Positions 39,329 through 53,194 of a stretch of 64,000 nucleotides of DNA are shown here, in pieces. This DNA comes from Trichosphaerium sp. ATCC 40318. Lineage: Eukaryota > Protista > Tubulinea. The notes under the pieces are model-generated. The model was not told the DNA's origin. It saw nothing but the letters and a program-made list of their open reading frames with translations, and made no database searches. Position 1 is the stretch's first letter, and each line of letters opens with the position of its first letter. Where the stretch lies: contig JALMLS010000086.1 in assembly GCA_038496445.1 (NCBI GenBank), forward strand, positions 55,535 to 119,534, written 5' to 3'. The translations under genes were made by a program, and so were the position numbers.

Positions 39329-42109
39329 TCACTGAACGTTCTCTCCTGCAGGCTTAGGCTCTTCAGTCTCTTTCTTCAACGGCCACCAGAACAGCTTTAC
39401 AATTTCGTATCTGGCGTCCATTACTTCTACAACATCGTTACCCCACTTAATATCGCTCCAGTCAACGCCTTCAGACTTGACAGATATTTTAGATGCTTCC
39501 AGAGGTAGAGCACAAGAAGCAAGTTTTTTGTGAGTTAAACGAGTAGCATCCAGTACTTCGCTCCACCGATATGTATCATACTCTACACCATCTACTTCTT
39601 TGGTGCCAATTTGAGCAAGTTCGTACCTAAGGAAGATGAGTACAAAATCCAATGCAACAACGTGCAATGCTATTCGCTTTGCGTGACTGAAGATTTCTTG
39701 GTTTTTTTTGTTTGGCAATTTTTGAATTTGGATAGAAAAGGCTATACAAGCGCCGTTTTGCAAACGGTAGGTACATACCGTTTCGTCCTTGATTCTAGGA
39801 ATAGTATAGCTTGTTTCAAGCGATAGGATGTCCACTGTGTCTGTTTTAATCCTCGGTCACAAATTAAACTGAGTCCGTACGTGAAGCTAAGGTGCTATGA
39901 GTGGCGATAATTGGCGATCAATAAACAAAAATAAAATATTCGGGTAGTTCAAAAAAGGCTTGAACGATGTGATTTTAGGTTTAATTTCGTTTAGGAGAAC
40001 ACAGTTATGCATATAGTATGCTGTGGGTGTACCCACGTTACGTTGTTTAAAGATACGAATTAAAACGAGTTTTAAATTGTTGGTTTCGTACCACGGTTCG
40101 TTGGATAGTGAATATTTTACTGTTGTGGTGTCTGGGAATAGATCAAAGTGGTATTTGCGTGCTAGTCGAGAAAGTTAGCAAAAATCCGTACAAAAACGAA
40201 AGCAAACAGCTCTGCTACAATATATAGGCTGTCTTGAGTGTAAAAAAGTGGTTCGCCGGGCTTGGTACGGTAACAAAGGCGCCAATGGTTTGAAAGCTGC
40301 GTATAAAGCCGCAAAGCGATAAAGCGAGCGAAAGAAAGGCTATCGAAGGTGCTAAAAGGGAGAAACCAAAAATACAAAAGGAGTTTTTGATTATTTGTAG
40401 CTAGTGTCGTAATGACGTACCAGGATCATCTGGGTCTATATGAGATGGTTGAGGCTTGCTCGCTACTGCCCAGGGCACTGGTGAGCCTTTTGCTTGGCCG
40501 TTCATGTGCCTTCTATTTTTTAACTCCTCCGTTATACGATTTGGCTCTTTTACGATTTGAACGCTCTCGAATTTGAGACTCACGTTGTGCTTTCCCCAGT
40601 TGCGTGACAATAAGTCGTTACTTAAGGACCCGCTGTACTTTCTTTGACCTTTTTTTTTTTGGGTTAGTTGAGTTGATTGGTTTTTTTTTTTAGCTGTTTT
40701 CGTTACGCTCTAATTTTGACAAGTCTCAAATTGGGGTTTAACGTTGTAGTACCTGGCAGAATCTCAAATCGAACGCGAAGAGCGTAGAATGTTGGCGTCG
40801 TTTTGGGGAGTGAGTAGGATGATGTGTGGTGAAGGATTGAGCTATTGAAGTTAATGTCAGGTCATTGTGGTCTTTTTCAAAAAAAAAACCAAAGGAATTA
40901 GTTGCCTCGCATGGAACTACTTGCAGGAGTAGGTTTTACTCCGTTATTGCGTTATCAAAGTTCCGTTTTTTAGGTTTTTTTGGGAAATAGAAAATCTTGT
41001 TATCAAACGCGTACACAATGTCTGAGTCGTCTGTGTAAGGGTTAGATCCCCATATTTGTCTTGAAGAGAAAACTTGGTTGTTGTCTTTTGTTAGAAAGTC
41101 TGCAGAAACATGAACCTTAATTATCATCAGTATTAGGAAATTGTATCGCTTTGTTCGGGTAAGTTGGTGTATAAACACCGTCATGCAATAGCGCATTAGT
41201 CAGCGTTCATAAAGGCGTTGCAACAGAATAAAAATTTGATACGACAATTACAAAAAAGGAAAATACCTTTGGCTTGGTACGAAAAAAAACACTGCTACTA
41301 TTAGTACCTCTAGGATGGAGCCAATGTGAGGCTCTAACGTTTGTGGGAGCTCTCCTGGTATATAAAGAACAGGGCCGACAATTTTGCGACCTTCGAAAAG
41401 CTCTATAACAAGTAGTCAGGCATTGTAGGCTTAGCAAATTAATGATCATGAATTCTCGAAATAGCCAGAAACTTAAATTACTACAAAGTTTTTTTTTCCT
41501 CCAATGTTAAATCAGAACTATGTGGCGTTTTTAATGCACGCGTATTATGAACTTGGCTAAAAAAAGCGCGAGCGCAGGTACTAAAAAAGGGTTTGGTGTG
41601 CAGAGTTTTGCCCTTTTTCAATTGCTAGTATAAAAAAAGTGTTCTTTTGAAAAAAAAAGCCACAAGTGCCAATGAGTCTGCAATGTAGTGATAAAGGTAT
41701 TTTGCGTTTTTCGGCGTTCGCTCGGGTAATTTTTTGCTTCCTAACGATATTTTTTTTTTTCCCATTATTCGGCAATTGTGCTTGTGAGTCATTGTGTTAT
41801 AGACTTCACATAGTTTCAAAACGCGTACAAAACGCAGAGACGTTTATGAATGTCAGAAAAAGAGAAAACCGTTTCACACAAACTGGCAGTACCTTTCTTC
41901 TCCCATTTGATATGCATTGCTACGGTTGGAGGGCTGGTGGGGTCCAAATAGGGTCTAGAGTTAAAATTTAGGTGCATAAAAGAGGCTGTGCTTGGTGAAA
42001 CTACGTCCTCAGAAGCGTACCTATCATGCTGCTTATTGTGGTGAACTTTTCGTCTTTTCCTGGGGTGGTGCCTTGATACACGCGTTATTCTACTGTCTCT
42101 CGCCAGCAT
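39329..42109 (-). CDS. RXT3: RXT3-like histone deacetylase complex subunit, multi-exon (5' end uncertain)
   Basis: RQIWGSNPYTDDSDIV, KYSGSLSNDLLSRNWG, VKYSLSNEP, TSYRLKQAILFLES...RYEL, DTYRWSEV and VDWSDIKWG match the plant/protist RXT3 family layout. Confidence 0.8.
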
Positions 42110-42329
42110 AGGAGTTGAGTGTACAGGATTGACAGACGTTAGGCAATCAACCTGAAACTGCTACATCAGATTCTGGTTAATACGCATGTTGCAACTACGT
42201 TGTCGATATGCAATGGCTAAAAGGTAAAACAAAAAAACTCGAAACAAACGAAAAAACAAAAAAAAAAAAACAAACACGATTTTTAAAATGACAGTTCTAC
42301 GCAAACGCTTCTGGCTGACACTGGAGCGT

Positions 42330-45300
42330 ATGGTAGGGTCAATTTTTTATAGTTACTCATAGATCCCTTTCGTAATTGGCGTTTTTTTTTTCTGTGGGTG
42401 GCTACAAACACTGCAGTAGCAATGCCGTAGCGAGAGGTCTTTTGTGTCACGTACACTTGCTGCTCTTTTGCTCATGCTTTCGGTTTTTTGACTATACAAG
42501 ACGTTCGTAAGTCAATTGCTTCGGAAATTAGCGGTCAACACCAGGTTAGTGTATGACGGACGATTTGGGAGCTTTTGAAAGCGATAGATTCGTATATTTT
42601 CTTTTTGTTTTATTTTCTTGAAGAACCACCACCGCGCCTTTTTAAATCACATTGGTGCGCTCGGTAAAATTGTAGCTCCGACTGAGCGTTATGAGCTGGT
42701 TAAAGACACGCATTACAGTTGAGAATAACACATAAACGCTTTATTATGCCGGCAAACGCCCGTCAACATTAAAACAAGCTACTTTCAAGCGTAACAAACG
42801 CCATTGGTGAGTCAAAACAGTTCTGTCAATTATAAATCACTAAACACTAATCACGCGAACAAATATCGCTTTGATACATGATGAGGAACGTTTTACAAAC
42901 CAAGTTGTATTTTTCCGTTGAAAAGTTTTATTCCTTTTGTTGACGTTTAATCAAACTCTCTCACTTGCCTGGTACAGTGATGAAGGACCTGATATTACAT
43001 CGCGAAGACCTGTGTCCGTATCCCCAGTTCGTCAATATAATAATTGTCCTTTTTTTTACTTATGCGCACCTGCTGTACCCTGACACATTATAACTCTTCA
43101 GTCACGTGCCACCACTTCATTTTTCAATATTCGGGCTTCGCAGTATTTGCTACTTGAGCCTCAAATGCATACATCAGCGTTCCTCACGTGATATACAATC
43201 GAAAGCCTCGGACTATTTGTCTATTCTGCTCGTTGTGAATTTGTTGAGATGTGAATCCGCTTTTACTACCACTGAAACCTTTGCGCGTGGGTTTTGTTGG
43301 TGAGGGTTCTGATAAAACCAGTTGTAGTATCTTTAGAAAAACCAGCAGTATGTGCAGGCTTGCCGGTGTATTTTCTGTTTCTAGACACCACGCTCCGCCT
43401 TACGTTTTAAGACGACAAGGAACGATGCGATGGCGTAAGTACATGTCCTGTAGTTGATTTCTGGGGCGATGTTTCTAATAGTTTTTCCGGTGTTGTTACG
43501 TCTTTTACGTGCTAGAATTGATACTGTTTGGGCATGAGACTTTTTTTTTTAATCGTGTATTTATTCTTAGGTTCGTGCAGTATCGACGCAATTGTTTATC
43601 TTCCTTACTAAAACAGGTGTTAGAAATTCTTTGCTTTTTTTGATTTGAAAATGTTTGCATGGTACCTTTGACCGTGGTTGTTGTTCGTGGTGTGCTTTGA
43701 ACGCAAGACAGCGTACAGTCAAGTACAGTATCACTAATGATGAGCCTTACAAGGCCTGTACTCTGCGATGTATTGCTGTAATTGCCTAGATAGGCACTCC
43801 CAGGACGCTTTTGATAGGCTGTCAGGTTTGAATTACAAGCAACTGCAAACAGGTGATTAGGTGTATGACTGAGTTCAAGACGCTACAACCAAACATACGT
43901 ATTAGTCTCTAAACCATAGCGTATAGATGGATTATAACTGGAGCAATAGCGATCTCATGTAGACCACAAGACGTTGATGCTACAACAGAGAAGGCACGTG
44001 AGCAATAATGAGAAGAAAAGGATTACCTACTTGAATCCTACTGTAGTCGTGTCGAGCTTTGTCAGAGTCTAAGCAGCAAGCGCTCTGGATTCTGCCGTTG
44101 GCTTGTAGATGTCTTACAACTTATCACACAGTGCATTACTTAACTTGAAAAAATGTAGTTTTCTGTAATCAACTCCAGTAAATACAAGCAAAACACCTAG
44201 TAAGCAAAATTAGTACTTAGTTCTGCGGTAACATTGCATCTAGAAGTAATGTGCTACAAGACAAAATGCGATAAATGCTCTTTGTGGACCTGGGCTGGCT
44301 GAGGCTTGCATATTGAGCAAGCCCTTGCTGGCGTGCCAGAAAAAGAACGTTGCGTTTGTAACAAAAAACAACAAGAAGAACCAACAGTAGCCGGTTTTGC
44401 ATCTGGCATGATGCGTTGGTTGACCAGTGCGAGCCCACAACCAGATGCTGGTACAAATACTGCCCCAGAGAAGTAAAACATGTTAAACGACTTCTAAATT
44501 ACTGTGGACGCAATATTCTATGATGTAAACGCGATAAACCGTAAGGAACGCATTTATTGACAAAAATGTAACGTATTGCCTCACAGTAAACTGTTATTTT
44601 TATCTCTTGTTGCTGTCTCTTTGCTAAAACATGACAAATACAACCAATACAAAACGCAGGTGACCAAGAATTTCGGAAGTAACGTATCTCCGAAATTCCG
44701 TTCTTAGAGCTTCTTGTTTTTATCTTGTCCAACTAAATCTTTCCGCTTTCAGAACAAACACATAAAATCCAAGACTTCTAAGACGCTGTGGCACATAGTG
44801 AAAAGAGAGTAGCGTTGATTTTTTTCAGTTGGAAAAGTAAAAGAGGCGCTATTCGTTGTACTGAGTAATCGAAGTTGTGTCTGTCCCACTACAGCATGCT
44901 ACTGTTTCGCTTGGTCGATTGTTAACAGGCAATGGTGTTGTGACGTTACACTATCCTCATAAAGATCTTGATTGAGCTTGTGGGATTAACAAATAAGCTT
45001 AACTGGTGAGACAGGAACAGTATCTTGTTTGGCTTATCGGTTTTACACGGAAAGGCTATCACAAATAAATCTGCCGATGTTTATATTAGTGCACGTGATA
45101 CGAAACGTTACTAGTTGCTACGAAGAACGCCACATGTCCGAACCATTTCTTACAGATAGCGAAGTTCTACCACGCATCTCAAAGAGCTTACAGCATATTA
45201 TAACTTATCAGTACGTTCATTGCTTTCACGTTTTTTTTTAGTCTAACACTGCGGATAGAGACAATGATGTGTTGGAAACCATGGATGTTCCTGAGAGCGT

Positions 45301-46680
45301 ACTACCTTGTATGAAGGGGTACCATCATTTGTGCTCGCTCACTGTTTACATCTTTGAGTGTGGGTCTGACGAGCCTGTGATGAAAACACGTACTTCAAAA
45401 GTAGCTCTGAGCAGAAACTCAAAGTACGCTATTGTTTTTAATGTGTATTTTGTTAAGCACGCCAACAGGCATTTCAAGTCTATTTTCTCTCCTGGATCAT
45501 TCCTCACTTGGGACAATATATTTCGTTACCAACTCAAAGATAACGAGACAGTCGCCGGAGCGTTGATAGTGATTGACATCCTGTCACGTGGTGGCGATCG
45601 CAACTTAACAAACTACGCGCTGATGGACACTTCGTTAATTGTTGAGATTCTGTCGAAGCTGTTTCAAGTAAGTCACCGCTTTTTCATAGCATTAAATAAT
45701 GTCTTTGCCTTTAGCTCTCTGCGTATCCTCTTGGGTCTAGTTTGGTGATGCTGTCTCTACGTCATGCTAATACTATCGGGTGTATAGCAAAGATCCTTGC
45801 CGTACTCCCTTCAGAACAGGTTGTGGCTACACTTGTTGCTGAAGTAGTAGTGGACAGGATAATCTCTGTATATGGAACAACAACGAGCTTAATCCAGAAA
45901 TTGGCTCAAATCAACGAGACAGTTGTTTTACCTCATGATTTGCTCGACATTTTCTGGGATCATTACCAACGGGGTAGTTCACTTGGGACGCCAAAGTATA
46001 TTGACTCTTCTGCGGATATCTGGATCCTGGCTTGTACGTGGTACACACGCTAAATAGCTACTGACGAAGCATAGGTATGTCTTCTCATTATGCGCTAGCA
46101 TCCAAAATTGAGAAGTCCTTACCTTCTCCTTTTGCTGGATATCTTTGGATACGCGGAAAATCGGAACCTTGGTGGGAACAACATTGGGGAGATATTTTGG
46201 GATCTTACAAGCCTGATAGCTCTGTACTTAGTTTCATTGCTTTAAACCCTGAGTACGTTAAATAGACTCTGTAATGTAAGCAATTAATCGTTGTGTTAGG
46301 CAACACCGTGGTAATCCAGCAGAAGGTAAGACTGAAGGTGCTGTACTAGAAGATGTTTTACAGTACTGTGGATACTATGTGGGTGGCTTGACTTGGTACG
46401 GCCATGATCCATGTACACAATACGTGCTAACTAACCTCTTTTAAAGGGTTTACGAAGAAGGCAGTGTTTGGAGACCACATCCTAATGTACAGGACGCACT
46501 TATTGATGTTCCATGGAGCGTTCTGTTCTGCTATGATACTGAGTTAACCCTAAGCCTTCAAGGAGAATACATTCCGTTTTCAAGTGTGAACCTCATGCAC
46601 CCTTCTGGTGCTATTTCGAGGGAACCTTTCTGTACGGAAAAAAGATGCACAAATGCAGTACCAAAATCCATGACATTTTG
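42330..46680 (+). CDS. Large hypothetical multi-exon gene(s); best supported from 44930 to 46680
   Basis: Successive plus-strand open exons with GT-AG boundaries (ORFs at 45029, 45269, 45742, 46077); helical, Leu-rich; no domain recognised; upstream extent uncertain. Confidence 0.4.
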
Positions 46681-46742
46681 TATTGACTTTTAGAAAGTAA
46701 AGTGAAAAATAAAATCGAGATTTTAGCAAGATGTGATGTATT

Positions 46743-48097
46743 TTATGGCATGACGTCAAAGACAATTTGGTGATTTACAGGTCTATAGATGAAATTACAG
46801 CTAGACGCGTTTATGAATGTTGTGTTCTCATTTTTTGTAACACCGTATCCCTACAAATTACTGTTATTTTATTGAAATTGAAGAAAGACTAATTCATAAC
46901 GTTTTTTTCTAGTGCATCAAAAATGTTTGTAATTTTGACTTGCCTCATGAATATGACCAAACACGTGTACAAGAGGCTTTACAAGCTTAATCTTCTTTAT
47001 CAATTCTTCACAACCAGCGTCAATACCGTGCTTGGTATACCCTCCATACCGTCCTAACAAAAATAATAAGTCAGTGCGAGAACAGAATGAAAAAAACGTA
47101 GGAGGTACGAACCAAAAGGTGGTCCATGAGTTATTAGAACATGTGTATCATCGGGTATAAGGTCCCAGTACTTTTTGATATCCTTTCCTCGGTTTACATT
47201 AAATGCCCATTCGCAAAATTCTCTAACAATGCGTGAGAAACCAGCCAAGTTGTTTTTGGTGGTTTTGTTTGCGTACGGTTGCCAAGGTGATCCCCAAATC
47301 TTAATACCTTTAATTGTTGTAGCGCTATCCTAGGATTTCCTTGTCAACAAAATTGTCTTCAATACGAATGGCAAGTTGCCAAATAATTGGAAGAAATTTC
47401 GTTCTTTTTGACATTTTTTAACAGTCATCAGAGGTGATACACCTCTTAGAGTTAGTTATATGTACCTCCAAGTATGTAAATCTCTTATCTTTTGATACCA
47501 TGTCATATATTTTTGTAGTATCTTGCGCCTTAGTGTGGTAGCGTGACCATTTTTCTTTGTAGTAATCCTTCTCCATTGTAACATCATGATTACCTGCAAT
47601 CATAACTTTGTGCTCATACGGTTGTGATCCAAACCAATCAACAAATCTTTTTGTATTAACTTCTAAGCCTGTGCTTGAGTAGTCTCCACCTGCGAATTTA
47701 CCATTAAAAAAAAAGAGTTTGTTTTTATTTGAAACCAAATCAAGTTAGTACCATGAATGAGAACATCGCCTAAAAGCCATTGTCAGCATATTTGTAGATG
47801 ATAGGAACATAAAACGTTGTTTTTGATGTTTAATTGAATGGTAATAGTTGATTACTGTATACATACCTGCTGGTAACGGATGTCTCATGCCTTCGTGTTT
47901 GTTGTGCGTATCAGAGATTGTAACGAAGCGTACAGCGCCATCAGGTTTTGGTGGAAGCTTTGCTACGTATTAGTTAGTCGTAGACGCAACCAATAGAGCC
48001 AAACGGCGAACATTGCACTAATTATAGTACCTGGAGGTTCATCTGGATCTCCGTAGTTGTATACGCCGACGAGTTGTGGTTTACGTGTTTCCGCCAT
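46743..48097 (-). CDS. Calcineurin-like metallophosphoesterase (MPPED1/2-like), multi-exon
   Basis: VRFVTISDTHNKH, GDVLIH/GGDYS, KVMIAGNHD, KIWGSPWQP, VLITHGPPFG, HVFGHIHE, FINASSC. Confidence 0.9.
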
Positions 48098-48518
48098 GTT
48101 TTGGGGTTCTGAAAATGAGGTTTTGGGGCTAACAAACTTAACTAATTTTCGGCTAAATTCATTGCTTTGGCGGTACTACCTGTGGCGAAGCCTCTTTATG
48201 TTGATATTGTTTTGCGCTTTTGTTGTTACTTGTAAACTCATTGCATTCATTTTTCAAGGCAAAAGTCAGTGTACCTCTCGTTGCGAATTTCTTGCGTTTA
48301 TATACGCATTGCAGAAACATAACAAAGAGCAAGAACTCAGAAATTCCTTGTCGTTGATAAATCCGATTTCCGTTACAGCGTTGTTCAAGTAGACTCGAAG
48401 TCAGATGGTTGCTAAAAGACTATGCGTTTTCGTTTTAACTGTTGCCAAGTGGACGAGTGTTCCAATATAGTCAAACCCGCAAACTCTCAAGATACAGTTT
48501 TTAAATTGTTATTTTTAT

Positions 48519-50082
48519 TTAAAGTTCTACTTTGTACAAACCTCCCTCCAGTTTACCTACATACAAAGCCTTGTTGATATACACAACGGATCTCACACCG
48601 CTAAGTTCTGGCTGTATCCGTAATTTAACAATGTCATGGCAAATTCGTTCTTTCAAGTATAGCTTGTAGATTCCTGAAGTACCAGCAAAATACAAATTGC
48701 CAAGTGAATCAAAGGTGAGGCCATAAATTGTCTCACCGTGGCCACCATAGATAGTCTCGAGTTTGCCTTTCTTTATAGCGACTATTTCACCATCTTTTTC
48801 GGTGTAAACATCGTCAGTAACAGGATCTATTGCTATTGACCAAGGGGAGTGGAGTAAAGTTTTCTCTGCTGTGTTTTGGAGTATCGTAGACATTTGCTTC
48901 GCATTCTTACCTACTTTTCTAATGCGATGGTTGTTAGAGTCACAAAATACAATGTTGCCATTGCCGTCCCAGCTGAGCCCTCTTGGACAGTACATTTTAG
49001 GTTCAGCGCCGTCTTTATCACCGGATTCATTGGGCACGCCAATAAGCGTATCAACACGGTGTTCTCCAGCCTTGATGACGCGCAATGTGTGATGGTACGT
49101 GTCCGATAATATAATATCATCTTTTTTGTTAACGAGAACGCCATGAGGATAGCAGAAACCTAAACAAGGGTAAGCTTAGTACAAAGAGTGCTAGTTTATT
49201 TTAAGGAATAAAGAAAAAAAAGACTCCCAAGAAAATGTGGAAAAACAACGATGACTAGCGTCAGATTCACACATTCAAAGAGCCGATATAGCCACGCGAG
49301 AATATGGCAAAAATAACGAGTATTTGACATATTAAAATATTGGTCAGTTATCGCCAACAAAAGTGGAAATGTGATTATGTACCAACAGTAGAAAAGTCTC
49401 CATCATCGCTTATGTTTCTCTTTGTCCATTCGCCGACTCTATAAATTACTTTCTTCTTTTCTATATCAACCAAGCTTATTACACATCGCTCGTAATCAAC
49501 AAGAGCAAGCTACAACACCCATGTTAGAGCTGACACAAGCAAACAAAAAAAAAAAAAAAAAAACCAAATTAATAATAACAAAAAAATAGAATTGCGCCTT
49601 TACCAACAGGAATGTAGTGACAGGTGAGGCAAAGAAATGTTTTTAAAAAAAGATCACGTCATTGCAAACCACGCAGGTACATTTTACCAGTGGCCATCAA
49701 AAGAAAAGAAAAAAATGTCATTTTATTTTTTTTTTGCATTAATACCTGGCCTTTAGAGTTCATTGCGATGCCAGTTGTACACTCTATGTCGTACGTATTC
49801 TCTGGATTGAGGTTTTCTGCCTCCCGCGTTCGTAGCTGGTCCTTAAATGGTATTAATGATACTAATGAGATACCATCGCGTTTCAGGCGGAATTTAGTTG
49901 TACAATTCTCGCTCGAATTAACGCTTACGTACTTTTACGATAGGAAGGTTAGAAATAGCACGGCATATTGTCGTCGATGATTCTCGCAAGCGTATGGCCT
50001 CTCTAACTTTAAACCATAAAAATATTTCGTGTAATACTTCCGGTGGCAGTACAGAGAGATGAATGGGCTCGTTTGAATCCAT
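48519..50082 (-). CDS. F-box + NHL-repeat protein, multi-exon; paralogue of 10730-12284
   Basis: LSVLPPEVLHEIFLW F-box; NHL repeats YPHGVLVN...DTYHHTLRVI, CPRGLSWDGNGNIVFCDSNNHRIRKV, SPWSIAIDP. Confidence 0.85.
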
Positions 50083-50288
50083 TTCTACGCGCAAAAGCAA
50101 AAAAAACCGACCAACGTATTTATATTTTGGTTGCAAAGGAACGTTGTTCTACCTACTACTTTTTTAAATTATGTAGCTGTGTTGTACGAGAAATCAGCTT
50201 GGTTGTAGAAATGACAACACCACACAAAGCAAAAAATTGGTCAAATTATTTATTTGATTAAAAAGCAACCGTCGTACCAAAAAACAAC

Positions 50289-52439
50289 ATGTCCAGGCGC
50301 CAAGGGGGTAAGAAAGGAGGAAAGCGCAAGGCATCTACGCCTACTGGGCCAAAAAAAAAGAATAAGAGAAATAACCGCAACCCAAAGCCTAAAAACGATA
50401 TGGAGGCCATAGAGAATCAAATGGAGGGTTTAAAATTTGAAGATGACTTCGAGGACCAGTTTATACAAGAGGTAGAGGTCGACGAAGACATGGACGTAGA
50501 TGATTTGTGGCAAGAGCAAAAGGACAAGAAGGAGGTTAGTGAGAAAACACTCGGATTTTTTTTCACATTTTTTCTGTACTTTCGTAGCACTTGTATTCGC
50601 GTGTGCATGCGCCTAAAAACGATATAAGCGGTGAAAGCGCCCGATTTACGCGTTACAGTTTTTTATTATTATTTTTTGACGTTTATTTTTTCTTAGGTCT
50701 TCATAAGCGGCAAAACAGAGCAAGGATCAAAGCTGGACTACGAAAATGACGCTTATGACGCCCTGCACCGCATGACAGTTGAATGGCCCATGCTCAGTTT
50801 TGATTTTCTGACTGACTCGCTCGGCCACAACAGAACCAAGGTACGCGTTTACAATTTTGTTAGCTGGTGAAGAAAATATTATGTGTATGATAATAGAGCC
50901 TTCTTTTTCAGCGTTTGTATTGCCTCCTAACACGTTTGTTTAGTATCCTCATACCGCATACCTCGTTGGTGGTACTCAATCAGACCATGTGCGTAACAAA
51001 ATCCTCTTCTTGAAGGCGTCAGAATTGAACAAGACGCGATTTGATGAGAAAGGTGAGCAAAAAAGAAAAAAGAAAAATCCTCGCTTTGAACGCTGCAGTA
51101 TATACAAAATTAGTGCTAACTGTAAGAACGAATTAGAAGAGGAAGATGATGACGAAGAAGACGATGATGATTTGGACGTCGTTGATGAAGAAGCGCAATT
51201 AAGCGCTCCTAGAACAATCATTGTCAATGGCGCTGTCAATCGTGTTAAGGTGCGTACTTGTATTATTCCTTACTACTGCCGTGTCTTATCTGCCTCTGTA
51301 GTCTATGCCTCAAAATCCTGGTGTCGTTGTTGCTCAGTTGTCACAAAAGCCTTATGTCCAATTGTTCAATGCAACTGAACTTGTCAAGGCCCTCAATGAG
51401 CCACCTACAAAGAAACTCAAGACTGTCAAGCCACTTATCCAGTTCAATGGACATCATAGTGAAGGTTATGCCCTTGACTGGAACAGAAAGAGCGCTGGAA
51501 GGTACGTAATTTTAGAGTTTTTGTTACACTTTTTTTTTCGTTTTCTGATTTTTGGATCAGACTTATCTCTGGCGGTGGTAAAGGCCTCATCTATGTTTGG
51601 AATTACAAGACTGGGTACTGGAACACCGATAGCACACCGTTTGTAGAGCACAATGGTCCTGTTGAGGATCTTCAATGGAGCCCAAAGGATCCTGAGGTAT
51701 GCGTTTTGATAATAAATTGACCTACTCTTTTCTATGAGCAAAGGTTGTCGTAATTGTTATTCAGGTTTTTGCCTCGTGTTCTTGCGATAAGACGATCAAA
51801 CTTTGGGATTGTCGTCAACCGCACAACAAGTCCGCCTCTTCCGTTCAAGCTCATGACTGTGACGTTAACGTTATTTCATGGAATCGTATTGTACCATTCT
51901 TGATGGTATCCGGTGGTGATGAAGGTGTTGTTAAACTATGGGATACACGTAAACTGTACGTTAAGTTATTTCTTGTTCTTTTGTCCACGTGTTCAGCATA
52001 ATGACCTTTTTTTTCTTGTAGTGGTGCTGGTGCAAAGATGGAATTTGCTTGGCATAGAGGACCAATTACATCTGTTGAATGGAGTCCTTTTGAGGACTCT
52101 GTACTCGCTGCAGCCTCAGAGGTAGTTGGTTTAATCTTTGGATTATTTCTATTCACATATTTATGCGTTTGGTAGGATAACTCCGTGTCTATTTGGGATT
52201 TGTCTGCTGAGCGTGATGAGGTTGAAGAAGACCAAAAAGATTTGGACAACAAGATTCCTGAGCAGCTGTTGTTTGTGCACCAAGGACAGACAGATATTAA
52301 AGAGATTCATTGGCACAGACAAATTGTTAACGTTCTTGGCAGTTCTGCTTTGGATGGTTTTCACTTTTTCAAACCTAGTAATCTTATTGACGCTGTTGAT
52401 ATGGAAAAACCTGTGGTACTGTTTTCAATAATTATTTGA
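50289..52439 (+). CDS. GRWD1: Glutamate-rich WD40 ribosome-assembly protein GRWD1/RRB1, multi-exon
   Basis: LDYENDAYDALHRMTVEWPMLSFD, acidic tract, GHHSEGYALDW, VEDLQWSP, FASCSCDKTIKLWD, AHDCDVNVISWN, IPEQLLFVHQGQTDIKEIHWH. Confidence 0.95.
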
Positions 52440-52941
52440 AGTGGTGTTAACCGAGGTGTAGGAGGAAACAAAGCAAAAGACAACTGGTGATGCAATGCAA
52501 GAAGAATAATGCAAATATCTTTGTTAAATTTTGACAATAACAAAGTAATAACCTTTAAATAACTTGTAAATAATGTATTGTAAACTCTTGTTGCTCCTAT
52601 TTGTTTTAGTTAATGTTGTTGTGTTTCATTGGCTAGGTTCAACAAAAGCAACATTGCAAGCTTGGCTAAAAGTAAAATTACTATGGGTGTTTATTTTTAC
52701 AATAACTATACACTATGTTTGCAATATTTTTTGTAAAAGAAAAATTGGCAAAATGTACTTTAATTTTTTGTGTTAAGTATTTAAGTACACAATGTAAGTA
52801 ATAAAAGGCCAATAAAAATGCTTATCAAAGTTGGTAATAAAATGGTATATCTTTACAATATATAAAATAAAACTTGTGGTTAATTAAGCTCAGTTGTAAT
52901 AAAGCAACTATAACTACTTTCAAAACCAAATTAAACTTATA

Positions 52942-53082
52942 AACCTAACCCTAACCTTAATCAAAAACAGGCACACCATAATCATTAGGGTTGTAAACCT
53001 AACCCTAGCCCTAAATCATAAGCTGCAATTACAAGATAAAACCCTAGCCCTAATAGGTTAAAATAACGATTAGGGTTAGGGA
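52942..53082. repeat. Interstitial telomere-like CCCTAA/CCCTAG tracts switching to TTAGGG across an inverted repeat
   Basis: aacctaaccctaacc (52942), aacctaaccctagccctaa (about 52996), ccctagccctaat...attagggttaggg (53042-53081). Confidence 0.85.
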
Positions 53083-53194
53083 CTATGTGATTTTTATTCG
53101 TTGAATATCGTCTTGTAAGGGCCATCGTGGGTAGGGTTAGGGACTATGTGATTTTTATTCGCCGAATATCGTCCTGTATGGGCCATTGCAGGTA
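53071..53194 (+). repeat. Two tandem units of about 61 bp, each starting TAGGGTTAGGG
   Basis: tagggttagggactatgtgatttttattcg...gggccat at 53071 and 53132. Confidence 0.9.

Noticed and set aside
39329-39835. Stand-alone intronless 168-aa gene from the ORF track
   Set aside because: Its 3' half is the last exon of the RXT3-like gene; the 5' half reads through an intron and an out-of-frame exon.
53071-53194. CRISPR-like appearance of regularly spaced repeats
   Set aside because: Only two units, the whole unit is repeated with no unique spacers, there are no cas genes, and the context is eukaryotic.
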